DNA of 64,000 nucleotides, from positions 21,648 through 85,647 of the forward strand of contig CALWJJ010000005.1 of assembly GCA_944380985.1 (NCBI GenBank), read 5' to 3'. The notes beneath the pieces are model-generated. The model was not told the origin of the DNA. It did not search any database and saw only the letters and a list, made by a program, of their open reading frames with translations. Of the stretch, positions 46,372 to 56,126 are shown in pieces (the first letter of the stretch is position 1; every line of letters begins with the position of its first letter). The translations under genes and the position numbers were made by a program. The DNA comes from an uncultured Agathobaculum sp. (GTDB taxonomy: Bacteria > Bacillota > Clostridia > Oscillospirales > Butyricicoccaceae).

Positions 46372-47550
46372 TCACTCGGCCAGGCGATAGATTTCGATGA
46401 TTGCCGCCTTGTCAAGCGGTGTGTAGCTTTTGACCGGGCCGCCAACTGATTGCACGGTATTTTCAGCCAGCGTTTCATACTGTGCTGGGTGGATGCCGAG
46501 CTGCGCCATGTGCACCGGCATGCCGATCTCCTCAAAAAAGCGCCGGAGCGTGACAATGCCTTCGCGCGCGGTTCGCGCGGGGTTTACAAAGTCCATCTCG
46601 ACGCCGAGCACGCGGTTTGCCAATTGGGCAAAGCGCGGGATATCGCGGTCCATCTCGTACATTGCCCAGGCGGGGAAGAGCACAGACAGACCCGCGCCGT
46701 GCGCAATTTCGTCGCGGAAAGCGGAGAGCGCATGCTCGAGCTTGTGCACCGGGAATAGACGGGCGCGGCCGCAGCCGGTGTAGTCGTTGTGCGACACACT
46801 GCCCGCCCACATGAGTGTGGCGCGCGCTTCGTAGTCGTTCGGAGCGGCGATTGCACGGCGCCCGGCGTCGCGCGTGGCGATCAGCAGACCTTCGGCAAGC
46901 CGGTCGGTCAGGTCGCTTTCGCCCCCCTGCGGCGTAAGGTACCGCTCGAGCGTGTGCATCATAATATCGACAATGCCGCAGCCAGTCTGGAATTTGGAAA
47001 CCGAAAAGGTGTTTTCTGGATTCAAAAAGCTAATGCGCGGACGATTGGTCTGGCTGGTGATGCCACGTTTTTCCATGGTCTCCTCGTTGGTCAGTACGCA
47101 GGAATTGCTGGTCTCTGAGCCGGAGGCTGCAAGCGTTAATACGGTCGCGACCGGTAGTGTGCGGTCAGGCGCGGTGTTTGTGGCAGCAAATTCCCACGGG
47201 TCGCGCCCGGTCGCCACACCCATGCCGATACCCTTGGCCGAGTCGAGCACCGAGCCGCCGCCGACCGCGAGAATACAGTCAATCCCCTCGCGCCGGCACA
47301 GCTCGATGCCGCGCCGCACAAGCGAGATCTTGGGGTTGGGGGAGACGCCACCCAGCTCAACAATGGAAAGCCCTGCGTCCAGCAGGCTTTTTTCCACCCG
47401 GCCCAGCAGGCCGGAGGCGCGTGCGCTCGCCCCGCCAAAATGCACCAGCACGCGCTGCGCGCCAATCTCCTTCAGCTTGGGGCCGATCTGCCCCTCAATA
47501 TCGCGGCCGAAAACGACCTCGGTCGTGGTGTGAATGGTGAAGTTCAGCAT
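46372..47550 (-). CDS. Iron-containing alcohol dehydrogenase (butanol dehydrogenase-like)
   Basis: GGVSPNP, AVGGGSVLDSAK, TLAASGSE, DIMMHTLERY, HKLEHALS, HGAGL. Confidence 0.93.
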   Translation of the reverse strand: MLNFTIHTTTEVVFGRDIEGQIGPKLKEIGAQRVLVHFGGASARASGLLGRVEKSLLDAGLSIVELGGVSPNPKISLVRRGIELCRREGIDCILAVGGGSVLDSAKGIGMGVATGRDPWEFAATNTAPDRTLPVATVLTLAASGSETSNSCVLTNEETMEKRGITSQTNRPRISFLNPENTFSVSKFQTGCGIVDIMMHTLERYLTPQGGESDLTDRLAEGLLIATRDAGRRAIAAPNDYEARATLMWAGSVSHNDYTGCGRARLFPVHKLEHALSAFRDEIAHGAGLSVLFPAWAMYEMDRDIPRFAQLANRVLGVEMDFVNPARTAREGIVTLRRFFEEIGMPVHMAQLGIHPAQYETLAENTVQSVGGPVKSYTPLDKAAIIEIYRLAE

Positions 47551-47694
47551 GGGCTTGCCGTCCTTTCTATCGGTCTTGGATATTGTAAGGCTATTATACC
47601 GGCAGCCTTGAAAATTGTCAAAATATTCGGTAGAATAATATTATATATAAAGATAAGCATATGTACGGCACAATCGGGAAACGGAGGGATAGCC

Positions 47695-48678
47695 GTGCCA
47701 TATGATTACTCCGCCTGGCAGTGGATGCTGGTGCTTTACCTATACAGCGCGCTGGGCTGGTGCTTTGAGTCCACGGTGGTTTCTTTGCAGCAGCGCCGTT
47801 TTGTCAACCGCGGCTTTTTGCGTGGTCCGATGCTGCCGATCTACGGCTTTGGCGCGACCATGCTGCTGCACGTTTCGCTGCCGCTTTACGGCCGGCCGGT
47901 CATGCTGTTTCTGGCCAGTATGGCCACGGCGACCGTGTTTGAATACGCAGTCGGCCTTGTGATGGAAAAACTGTTCCGCGTGAAATACTGGGATTATTCG
48001 GCCCATCGTTTTCAGTTTCAGGGAAGGATCTGCCTGCAATCTTCGCTGTGCTGGGGCGTACTCGGCGTGTTGCTGGCGCGTGTGATTCATCCGCCGGTCG
48101 AGTGGATCGTGACCGGGCTGCCCACCGTCGCGCTGGTCGCGGTAGACACTCTGCTGACTGTGGCATTTATAGGCGATGTGGCTGTCTCGGTACGCGCCGC
48201 GTTCGATCTGGCCCGTCTGTTGGAGGAGCTGGATGAGCTGCGCGCGCAGGGCGCCGAGCTGCGCCGCGCGCTCTCGGAGAGCGCGCTTGTACGGTTGACC
48301 GGGCTTTCCTATCGGGTCGATGAAGTGCGCGGTGCGTTGGCCGACCGGATAGACGGCGCGGTCGATCGTTTGGATGATCTGCGCGAGCATGCGGGCGATG
48401 CCTGCGGCCAGCTCGCCGAGACGGCAAAGGTGCGGCTGACCGGGCTTTCCTACCGGGTTGACGAGGCGCGCGGCGAGATAGCCGAGAGGATGGACGACGC
48501 CAAAGGGCAGATCCTTGCTCGGCTGGACGAGCTGCGGCGCCGCTTTACGGCGCGGGCAAACGGCCTTGGGCGGGCGCGCAAAAGTATGCTGCGCGGCAAT
48601 CCGACCGCGCGTTCCGCCCGATATGACGACGTGCTGCAGCAGCTGAAAAAAGAGCTTGACATGCATAGGCGCCGGTAA
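47695..48678 (+). CDS. Putative ABC transporter permease-like (CmpB/DUF975-type) membrane protein with coiled-coil C-terminus
   Basis: YSALGWCFE, NRGFLRGPMLPIYGFG, FEY..G, YWDYS, GRICL, WG motifs; GTG start after GGAGG. Confidence 0.8.
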   Translation: MPYDYSAWQWMLVLYLYSALGWCFESTVVSLQQRRFVNRGFLRGPMLPIYGFGATMLLHVSLPLYGRPVMLFLASMATATVFEYAVGLVMEKLFRVKYWDYSAHRFQFQGRICLQSSLCWGVLGVLLARVIHPPVEWIVTGLPTVALVAVDTLLTVAFIGDVAVSVRAAFDLARLLEELDELRAQGAELRRALSESALVRLTGLSYRVDEVRGALADRIDGAVDRLDDLREHAGDACGQLAETAKVRLTGLSYRVDEARGEIAERMDDAKGQILARLDELRRRFTARANGLGRARKSMLRGNPTARSARYDDVLQQLKKELDMHRRR

Positions 48679-48857
48679 AACTACACAAAATGCACAAATT
48701 GATACAAAAATGTAACAATGAAAGCGCGCGTTTCGTCAGTTTTTCGCTTGCTAAAATACGCGGAGCAGGTGTATATTAGAGATGACATAAAACCAACCGG
48801 AAAACGGGGGTTTTGCGTTAAGGATCAAACCTTTTGGGAAAGAAAGGCAGATATATA

Positions 48858-50099
48858 ATGAACCGATTTGTTTATGCGGATAATGCGGCGACTACGCCGC
48901 TGTCCGAGACAGCGTTTAACGCAATGAAGCCGTGGCTGACCGAATATTTCGGCAACCCATCTTCTCTTTATCATATTGGGCGCGAGGCCAAGATGGCGCT
49001 GAACGAGGCGCGCACCATAGTGGGCAGGTGCCTGAATGCTGCCATGCCGGTAAACGAGGCCAATGACTACGCCCCCGGCGAGATCATCTTTACCGGCGGC
49101 GGCTCGCAGGCGGACAATCTGGCCATCCGCGGTTTTATGCACGGACCGACGGTTAAGGGCCGCCGGCATATCATCACCTCGAAGATCGAGCACCACGCGG
49201 TGCTGTACACTTGCGAGGCGCTTGAGCGGGAGGGCTTTCGCGTCACCTATCTTGATGTGGACAAGGAGGGTCATGTCGATCTCGAGCAGCTTAAAAGAGA
49301 GCTTTCCGAAGAGACTGCGCTCGTCACCATCATGGCGGCCAACAATGAGATCGGCACCATCCAGCCCATCAAGGAGATCGCCGCGCTGGCGCACGCAGTC
49401 GGCGCGAAGTTCCACACGGATGCGGTGCAGGCGGTCGGCCACATGCCGATCGACGTGCAGGAAATGGGCATCGACATGCTGTCGCTCTCCGCGCACAAGT
49501 TCCGCGGCCCGCGCGGCGTGGGCGCGCTATATATTAAAAAGGGCATTGCGCTTGAGCCGCTTATTTACGGCGGCGGACAGGAGCGCGGTCTCAGCTCGGG
49601 CACTGAGAACACCGCGGGCTGCATCGGCCTTGCCGCGGCGATGCAGGAGGCCGTAGAGCATATGGACGAGAAGATGAACTATGTCAAAAAGCTGACCGAC
49701 AAGCTGGTCAAGGGCATTATGGACAATGTTCCCTACACCCACTATACCGGCGATCCGGTCAACCGCCTGCCAGGCACAGCGTCGTTCGTGTTCGAAGCGA
49801 TCGAGGGCGAGGGCTTGATCCTGCGTCTTGATCTGGCGGGCATCTGTGGTTCGACCGGCTCGGCCTGCTCGACCGGCTCGCTCGATCCGTCGCATGTGCT
49901 CATGGCGATCGGCCTGCCGCATGAGATCGCGCACGGCTCGCTTCGCCTGACCCTTGGCGAGCAGAATACCGAGGAAGATGTGGACTATCTCATCAAGACC
50001 GTGCCCGAGGTGGTTGCCACCCTGCGTAGCATGAGTCCGGTGTGGGAGAACGGTAAGCCCAACCTGACGGCGGCTTCCGACCTCCACAGCCACCACTGA
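48858..50099 (+). CDS. iscS: Cysteine desulfurase (group I, IscS/NifS)
   Basis: YADNAATT, FGNPSS, IEHHAVL, SAHKFRGP (PLP Lys), STGSACS catalytic Cys. Confidence 0.96.
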   Translation: MNRFVYADNAATTPLSETAFNAMKPWLTEYFGNPSSLYHIGREAKMALNEARTIVGRCLNAAMPVNEANDYAPGEIIFTGGGSQADNLAIRGFMHGPTVKGRRHIITSKIEHHAVLYTCEALEREGFRVTYLDVDKEGHVDLEQLKRELSEETALVTIMAANNEIGTIQPIKEIAALAHAVGAKFHTDAVQAVGHMPIDVQEMGIDMLSLSAHKFRGPRGVGALYIKKGIALEPLIYGGGQERGLSSGTENTAGCIGLAAAMQEAVEHMDEKMNYVKKLTDKLVKGIMDNVPYTHYTGDPVNRLPGTASFVFEAIEGEGLILRLDLAGICGSTGSACSTGSLDPSHVLMAIGLPHEIAHGSLRLTLGEQNTEEDVDYLIKTVPEVVATLRSMSPVWENGKPNLTAASDLHSHH

Positions 50100-50150
50100 T
50101 ACAGCTATCACTTATTCACCAACTGTTTTTATAATAAAGGAGTTTTTACT

Positions 50151-50597
50151 ATGCAATACACAGATAAGGTACTCGATCATTTCACACATCCGCGCAATGT
50201 AGGTGAAATAGCAGACGCCAACGGCGTCGGCGAAGTTGGCAATGCCAAGTGTGGCGACATCATGAAGATTTACCTCAAGGTGTCGGACGACGGCATTATC
50301 GAGGATGTCAAGTTCAAGACCTTCGGTTGCGGCGCGGCAATCGCGACCAGCTCGATGGCAACCGAACTGGTTATGGGCAAGTCGCTCGAAGAGGCGCTTG
50401 AGCTGACCAACAAGGCGGTTGCCGAGGCGCTGGATGGTCTGCCGCCGGTCAAGATGCACTGCTCGGTACTCGCTGAGGAGGCGCTTCGCTCAGCCATTGC
50501 GGACTATTACAAGCGTATGGGCAAGGATCCTGCCGAGATCCTCGGTTTTGATCCAACCGCATCCAGCCATCACGAGCACGAGGCGCACACGCATTAA
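50151..50597 (+). CDS. iscU: Fe-S scaffold protein IscU/NifU
   Basis: DHF..PRNVG, CGDIM, FGCGAAIA, KMHCSVLAEEA. Confidence 0.96.
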   Translation: MQYTDKVLDHFTHPRNVGEIADANGVGEVGNAKCGDIMKIYLKVSDDGIIEDVKFKTFGCGAAIATSSMATELVMGKSLEEALELTNKAVAEALDGLPPVKMHCSVLAEEALRSAIADYYKRMGKDPAEILGFDPTASSHHEHEAHTH

Positions 50598-50620
50598 GCG
50601 CCTATAACGCACATACAATT

Positions 50621-50647
50621 AGGGCAGATTGTACAATCTGCCCTTTT
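50621..50647 (+). terminator. Terminator after iscU
   Basis: Perfect IR agggcagattgtacaatctgccct followed by T-run. Confidence 0.8.
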
Positions 50648-50783
50648 GGCGTGCATGTAAAAAGTTTGCGAGCAAACCGGCGCGTTTTTCGGTGAGGTGC
50701 AGGGCATTTGATCAAGGCAGGGATGGATGAAAACCTGCCTTTTGGCGTTTTTCTGTATGCAGGCTAAGAAAAGCAGGTAGAGT

Positions 50784-53700
50784 ATGATAGAAATTACTAA
50801 TAGTATAACTTATCTAAAAGAATACAAACAGTTGAAAGAAGCGCTCTACGCCGGTAAGACGCCCGTGCTGGCGACCGGCCTGTCAGCTATCCACAAGGCG
50901 CATCTGGCGGCGGCGCTTGGACTGGATACGGGCCGACCGGTCTGCGTACTGACCGACGACGACACCGCCGCTGCGCGCTTTTCTGCCGATTTGCAGGGCT
51001 TTACGGAAAAAACTGTATTGCAGCTGCCGGCGCGTGAGCTTGTTATGGTGGACGTAGTGGGCGTATCGCGCGGCTATGAACAAAGGCGGCTTTCAGTGCT
51101 CGATGCGCTGCCGGGCGCGCCGTTTGCGGTTTTCTCGGTGCAGGCGGCGTTGCTGCGCACACTGCCGCCGGCGGTGCTGGCGAAGGCGGTCGTGACGATC
51201 TCTGCTGGTGAGCGTGTGCAACTTAGTGAGTTGACGCAGCAACTGACCTGTGCGGGATATGAGCGATGCATTCAGGTTGAGGGCGCGGGGCAGTTTTCGG
51301 TGCGCGGCGGTATTTTGGATGTATTCCCGCCGCAGGCTGAGTATCCCTACCGTATTGAGTTCTGGGTTGACGAGGTTGACTCGATCGCAAGCTTTGATGT
51401 AGGCAGCCAGCGGCGGCTGGAGCAGGCCGACGCGGTACGGTGCCTGCCCTGCATGGAGACGCTGCCGCACCTCGCGCCGGGCGGTGCAGAAGGACTTGCG
51501 CGCGCCGTGCTGGGCACACTGTCCACCCGCCGCAAAAAGCACGCCGATCTCGCTGCCAACATCGAGCGCGACGCCGAGCGTCTGCGTGAGACCGGCAGCC
51601 TGCCCGCGGCGGATAAATATTTGCCGCTTGTCTATCCTGAAATGACGACCGCGCTCGACTATCTGCCCGAAAATGCGCTCGTGCTGATTGAGGATACGCC
51701 ACGTCTGCGCGGCGCGGCGCGCGATTTTGTCGCCCGCATCGCGGACGATGTATCCGCCCTGCTCGAGCGCGGTGAAATACCGCCCGGGCTGGACGGTTAT
51801 GCGATCGACTTTGCTGGACTTTCCCGCCTGCCGCGCGCATTTTTGCGGCTCGATACTTTTTTAAATAGCGTGCCGGATTTTGCGCCGCAACACCTTGAAA
51901 ACTTTGTCGCAAACCAGATGAACGTTTACGGCGGCAATCTGGATATGGCGGCCGCGGACATCCGCAGTTACACCGAGCAGGGGCGTGCGGTAGCAGTCGT
52001 TTGCAGCAGTGAGCTGCGCTGCCGCAACATGTGCGACGCGCTGACCGATGCGGGCATAAAGGCCGAGGTCAGCGATCTGCTGCCTCGGGCTGGCCAGGTG
52101 AGCGTGCTGGAGGGCAGGCTGTCCGCGGGGTTTGAATATCCTGATCTCGGCCTAGTCGTCCTCACCGAAGGGCAGATGCTCGCGCGGCGCAAAAAGACGT
52201 CGCCCCGCAAATCGAATCGCGACCATGTCAAGTCATTTACCGACCTTGCACCGGGCGATCTTGTCGTGCACGAACATCATGGCATCGGCCGTTTTGTCGG
52301 CATGGAGCGCATGACAGTGGACGGCGCTGCGCGCGATTTTGTTAAAATCGCGTTTGCGGGCACGGATTTTCTATACGTGCCCGCGACCTCGCTTGACCTG
52401 ATCTCCAAGTATATCGGCGGGGGCGAGCCGGAGCGCGTGCGGCTGAACAAACTTGGCGGAGCGGAATGGGCGCGCTCCAAGGCGCGCGCCAAGGCGGCGG
52501 CCAAAGAGCTGGCCGAGGGGCTGATCCAGCTGTACGCCGCACGCGCTAAGCTCAAGGGATTTGCCTTCCCGCCGGACGACGCCTGGCAGCGCGAGTTTGA
52601 GGACGCTTTCCCCTATGAAGAGACCGAGGATCAGCTGCGCTGCATCGCGGAGATCAAGCTGGATATGGAGTCTGACCGGCCGATGGACCGCCTGCTGTGT
52701 GGCGACGTGGGATTCGGCAAGACCGAGGTCGCGCTGCGCGCCGTGATGAAGTGCGTGCTTGCAGGCAAGCAGGCGGCCATTTTGGTGCCGACCACCGTGC
52801 TCGCGCGCCAGCATTACCTGACGGTATTGCAGCGATTTCAGGGTCATCCGGTGGCGATTGAACTGCTGACCCGGTACAAGACCGGATCGGAACAGGCAAG
52901 CCTGCTACAAAAGCTTGAGTCCGGATCGGTGGATATTGTTATCGGCACACATAAGTTGTTCAATAAAAAAATTCGGTTTAAGGATCTGGGGCTGCTTGTG
53001 ATAGATGAGGAGCAGCGCTTTGGCGTCTCGCATAAGGAGACGCTCAAAGAGCTTGCTAAAACGGTGGACGTGCTCACGCTATCGGCCACGCCCATCCCGC
53101 GCACTTTGAATATGGCGCTGTCCGGCATTCGGGATATGTCGTCGATCGAGGAGCCGCCGCTTGACCGTCACCCGGTGCAGACCTTTGTGCTTGAGCAGAA
53201 CGACGGTGTGCTGCTCGATGCGATTCGCCGTGAGCTTGCGCGCGGCGGGCAGGTGTATTACCTGCACAACCGCATCGAGTCGATCGACCGGTGTGCCATG
53301 CAGCTGCAACAGCGTCTGCCGGAGGCGCGCATCGGCATCGTGCATGGCAAGATGCCGCAGAAAGAGGTCAGCAGCGTGATGGGCGCCATGGCTGAGGGCG
53401 AGATCGACATTTTGGTCTGCACAACCATCATCGAGACCGGCATCGACATTCCAAACGCCAATACACTGATTATCGAAAATGCGGATACGATGGGGCTTGC
53501 ACAGCTGCATCAAATTCGCGGGCGGGTCGGACGCTCGTCGCGCCATGCATTTGCCTATTTGTGTTACAGGCGCGGCAAGGCGCTCTCTGAGGTGGCGCAA
53601 AAGCGCCTGTCTGCCATCCGCGAGTTTGCAGCCTTTGGCTCGGGCTTTAAAATTGCCATGCGCGACCTCGAGATCCGCGGCGCAGGTAACGTGCTCGGAC

Positions 53701-54242
53701 CTGAGCAGTCAGGCCATATGATGAGCGTGGGCTATGATCTGTATCTCAAGCTGCTTGAGGAGGCTGTGCAGGAGGAAAAGGGCGAGACGCCCAAGCCGCG
53801 CGTTGACTGTGCGGCCGAGCTGCTGCTGCCGGCCAATCTGCCTGCCGACTATGTAGAGGACGCGGGCCAGCGTGTTGATCTATACCGCCGCATCGCGCTC
53901 ATCCGCACCGAGGAGCAAAAGAGCGACATGCTCGACGAGCTGATCGACCGCTTTGGCGAGCCGCCCCAGGAGGCGGTGTCACTGCTTGACATCGCGCTGC
54001 TGCGCAGCCGGGCGAGCGAGCAAGGCATTAGCGAGATCCGGCAAAAGGATGGACGGCTGCTGCTTAGCTTTGCTAAGACCGACTTTGCGCGCCTGTCCGC
54101 CCTGTGTGGAGACGAGGAGTTTCACGGCCGGCTGCTGCTGGGCGCGGGATCGACGCCCTACCTGTCGCTGCGCCTGAACAAAGGCGAAATGCCGCTTGCT
54201 ATGGCCGAGACGCTGGTCGAAAAGTACGCGGCGACGGCATAA
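50784..54242 (+). CDS. mfd: Transcription-repair coupling factor
   Basis: UvrB-like N-terminus, CarD-like RID (GDLVVHEHHGIG), GDVGFGKT, DEEQRFG, QIRGRVGR, TRG motif; 1152 aa. Confidence 0.98.
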   Translation: MIEITNSITYLKEYKQLKEALYAGKTPVLATGLSAIHKAHLAAALGLDTGRPVCVLTDDDTAAARFSADLQGFTEKTVLQLPARELVMVDVVGVSRGYEQRRLSVLDALPGAPFAVFSVQAALLRTLPPAVLAKAVVTISAGERVQLSELTQQLTCAGYERCIQVEGAGQFSVRGGILDVFPPQAEYPYRIEFWVDEVDSIASFDVGSQRRLEQADAVRCLPCMETLPHLAPGGAEGLARAVLGTLSTRRKKHADLAANIERDAERLRETGSLPAADKYLPLVYPEMTTALDYLPENALVLIEDTPRLRGAARDFVARIADDVSALLERGEIPPGLDGYAIDFAGLSRLPRAFLRLDTFLNSVPDFAPQHLENFVANQMNVYGGNLDMAAADIRSYTEQGRAVAVVCSSELRCRNMCDALTDAGIKAEVSDLLPRAGQVSVLEGRLSAGFEYPDLGLVVLTEGQMLARRKKTSPRKSNRDHVKSFTDLAPGDLVVHEHHGIGRFVGMERMTVDGAARDFVKIAFAGTDFLYVPATSLDLISKYIGGGEPERVRLNKLGGAEWARSKARAKAAAKELAEGLIQLYAARAKLKGFAFPPDDAWQREFEDAFPYEETEDQLRCIAEIKLDMESDRPMDRLLCGDVGFGKTEVALRAVMKCVLAGKQAAILVPTTVLARQHYLTVLQRFQGHPVAIELLTRYKTGSEQASLLQKLESGSVDIVIGTHKLFNKKIRFKDLGLLVIDEEQRFGVSHKETLKELAKTVDVLTLSATPIPRTLNMALSGIRDMSSIEEPPLDRHPVQTFVLEQNDGVLLDAIRRELARGGQVYYLHNRIESIDRCAMQLQQRLPEARIGIVHGKMPQKEVSSVMGAMAEGEIDILVCTTIIETGIDIPNANTLIIENADTMGLAQLHQIRGRVGRSSRHAFAYLCYRRGKALSEVAQKRLSAIREFAAFGSGFKIAMRDLEIRGAGNVLGPEQSGHMMSVGYDLYLKLLEEAVQEEKGETPKPRVDCAAELLLPANLPADYVEDAGQRVDLYRRIALIRTEEQKSDMLDELIDRFGEPPQEAVSLLDIALLRSRASEQGISEIRQKDGRLLLSFAKTDFARLSALCGDEEFHGRLLLGAGSTPYLSLRLNKGEMPLAMAETLVEKYAATA

Positions 54243-54294
54243 ACTGCCGCAGCCTGCGCGCAGCTAAGAGTCGCTTATCAGCGGCATAAAGCAA

Positions 54295-54329
54295 CAGGCC
54301 CTCTCTCCCGGAATGGGAGAGAGGGCCTG
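54295..54329. terminator. Bidirectional terminator between mfd and the reductase gene
   Basis: 15-bp IR caggccctctctccc / gggagagagggcctg. Confidence 0.8.
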
Positions 54330-54351
54330 ATTTTTTCTTTGGGTGAAAGCT

Positions 54352-55899
54352 TTAGCCGAGATAGGGCGCTGCAATGCGGTCGATTGCGTCCGGGTTCGCT
54401 GCACTCCACGCGGCGTAGTCCATGCCGGAGGCCGCGACAGCTTTGCCCAGCTCGACGAGCAGGGCGGGTATGTCGTCCTCGAGCACGGTGCCTAGAATAC
54501 GGCCTATGGCCTCGCTGCCTTGCCGGTCGCAGCCGCCGACAAACAGCTGGAAGCCGGACTGCGGCTTGCCGCCCACCGAGCGTGAGGCGCCGCGAAAGCC
54601 GATTGCGCCGGTCTGATGCGTGCCGCATGAGGAGGGGCAGCCCGAAATGTGGATCTGGGGCAGCGCGCCGTCCGGCAGGCCGGCCGCGCGCACGGCCGCA
54701 ACGCAGGCGTTGAGCAGACCCTGCGAGTCGCGCAGACCGACCTGGCATGTCGTGCTGCCAATGCAGCTGACCGAGGTCTCAAACAGGCTCCCGGCGCTGT
54801 CCGGCGTGGCGGCGAGCACCTTTTCGGCCTCCGCGCCGGTTAGGTGAACGATATAGGCAGTCTCATCGGGTGCAAGACGCAACTCGGCATCCGGGATGTC
54901 GGCCAGCAGATCGCTCAGCGCGCACAGCTCGTCCATCGAAGGCTGACCGCCGATCGGATGCCAGACGACGGTATACAGCCCGTCCTGTTTTTGCGGCAGG
55001 ATGCGCGGGCCGGCGGCCGTCGTGCCGTCGCCGGTCTTGGTTATGACGGTGGGAGCGATAGACAGCGTCAGCTCCTCGCCCGAAGTGATGACTTCGTTTA
55101 GCTTTTCGAGATAGGCTTTCTTGTAGTTCTCCGCGCCGCCGAGCGTCTCTTGCATATAGCGGGTGCGTGCCTTGCCGCGGTTTTCATAGTTGCCGTAAGC
55201 GCGGAAGGTCAGCCACATAGCCTTGACGTAATAGAGGATGTGGCTCGGATCGACCGCCTCAGCAACTTTGACGCCAAAAAGCGGGTTGTTGCCAAGCCCG
55301 CCCGCGCTGTACACATCGAATTTACCGTCTGGCCGGGCGGCAAAGCCGAGGTCGCGGTAGGTTGCGTGGGTCTGGTTGGCGGAAGAGTTGGAAAAGCCCA
55401 CTTTGAGCTTGCGGGGCAGCTTTTCGGCTTTGATAAAGTGCATCAGATAGTCGCTTGCGGCTTGGGCATAGGGCAGGGTATCGAAGTATTCGTCCGTCTG
55501 CACGCCCGAGAGCGGCGAGCACATCACGTTGCGCGGATAGTCGCCGCCGCCTCCCATCGTGATAATGCCGGCGTCGAGCGCCTGCTCCATGATCGCGCAC
55601 ACGGTATCAGCGTCGAGGTCGTGCAGCTGGATGGTCTGACAGGTGGTGAAGTGGGCGCGCGCGACGCGATATGCGCGGATCATGCGGGCGACAAAAGCCA
55701 GTTTTTCCTTTGTCACGCGGCCGCCCGGCATGCGCAGGCGCAGCATGCTTGCATTGCCACCCTTTTGTGCGTAACTGCCGTAGTAGCCAGAAAATCCCTT
55801 GTAAGCGCCGACCGTGCTGCCGCCGGCGTAAAACGCGGCGGTTTTTTCGCGGAAAGCGGGCAGATCCTGTTTCCAGACTTCAAGGTCGATGTTGTTCAT
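54352..55899 (-). CDS. Siroheme/[4Fe-4S] nitrite/sulfite reductase family protein
   Basis: MLRLRMPGG, TTCQTIQLH, PRNV, LPRKLK, and CIGSTTC plus SGCPSSC cluster/siroheme ligands; ATG at 55899 after AGGAGG. Confidence 0.85.
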   Translation of the reverse strand: MNNIDLEVWKQDLPAFREKTAAFYAGGSTVGAYKGFSGYYGSYAQKGGNASMLRLRMPGGRVTKEKLAFVARMIRAYRVARAHFTTCQTIQLHDLDADTVCAIMEQALDAGIITMGGGGDYPRNVMCSPLSGVQTDEYFDTLPYAQAASDYLMHFIKAEKLPRKLKVGFSNSSANQTHATYRDLGFAARPDGKFDVYSAGGLGNNPLFGVKVAEAVDPSHILYYVKAMWLTFRAYGNYENRGKARTRYMQETLGGAENYKKAYLEKLNEVITSGEELTLSIAPTVITKTGDGTTAAGPRILPQKQDGLYTVVWHPIGGQPSMDELCALSDLLADIPDAELRLAPDETAYIVHLTGAEAEKVLAATPDSAGSLFETSVSCIGSTTCQVGLRDSQGLLNACVAAVRAAGLPDGALPQIHISGCPSSCGTHQTGAIGFRGASRSVGGKPQSGFQLFVGGCDRQGSEAIGRILGTVLEDDIPALLVELGKAVAASGMDYAAWSAANPDAIDRIAAPYLG

Positions 55900-56126
55900 G
55901 CGTATATATCCTCCTTTTATTATGTGGCGGGAAAAAGCGCCGTCTGCGTCCGGCAACGAACGAGTGGAACGGGTTTTGAGTATTGCCATTATACGATAGT
56001 TTGCGCATAAAGGCAATTCCATACGGCACTTTTTCCGGCGGAGCCGTGTCCCTGCCGGTTGACAAACCCCGCCGCGTGGCGATACAATGAAGCAAGTATT
56101 TTTGACAGCGGGAGGGGGAGCGGCAA

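Noticed and set aside
48787-48815. Possible IscR/Rrf2 operator (AAAACC...GGTTTT) upstream of iscS
   Set aside because: The imperfect IR is a weak match to known IscR sites and no rrf2 gene is adjacent
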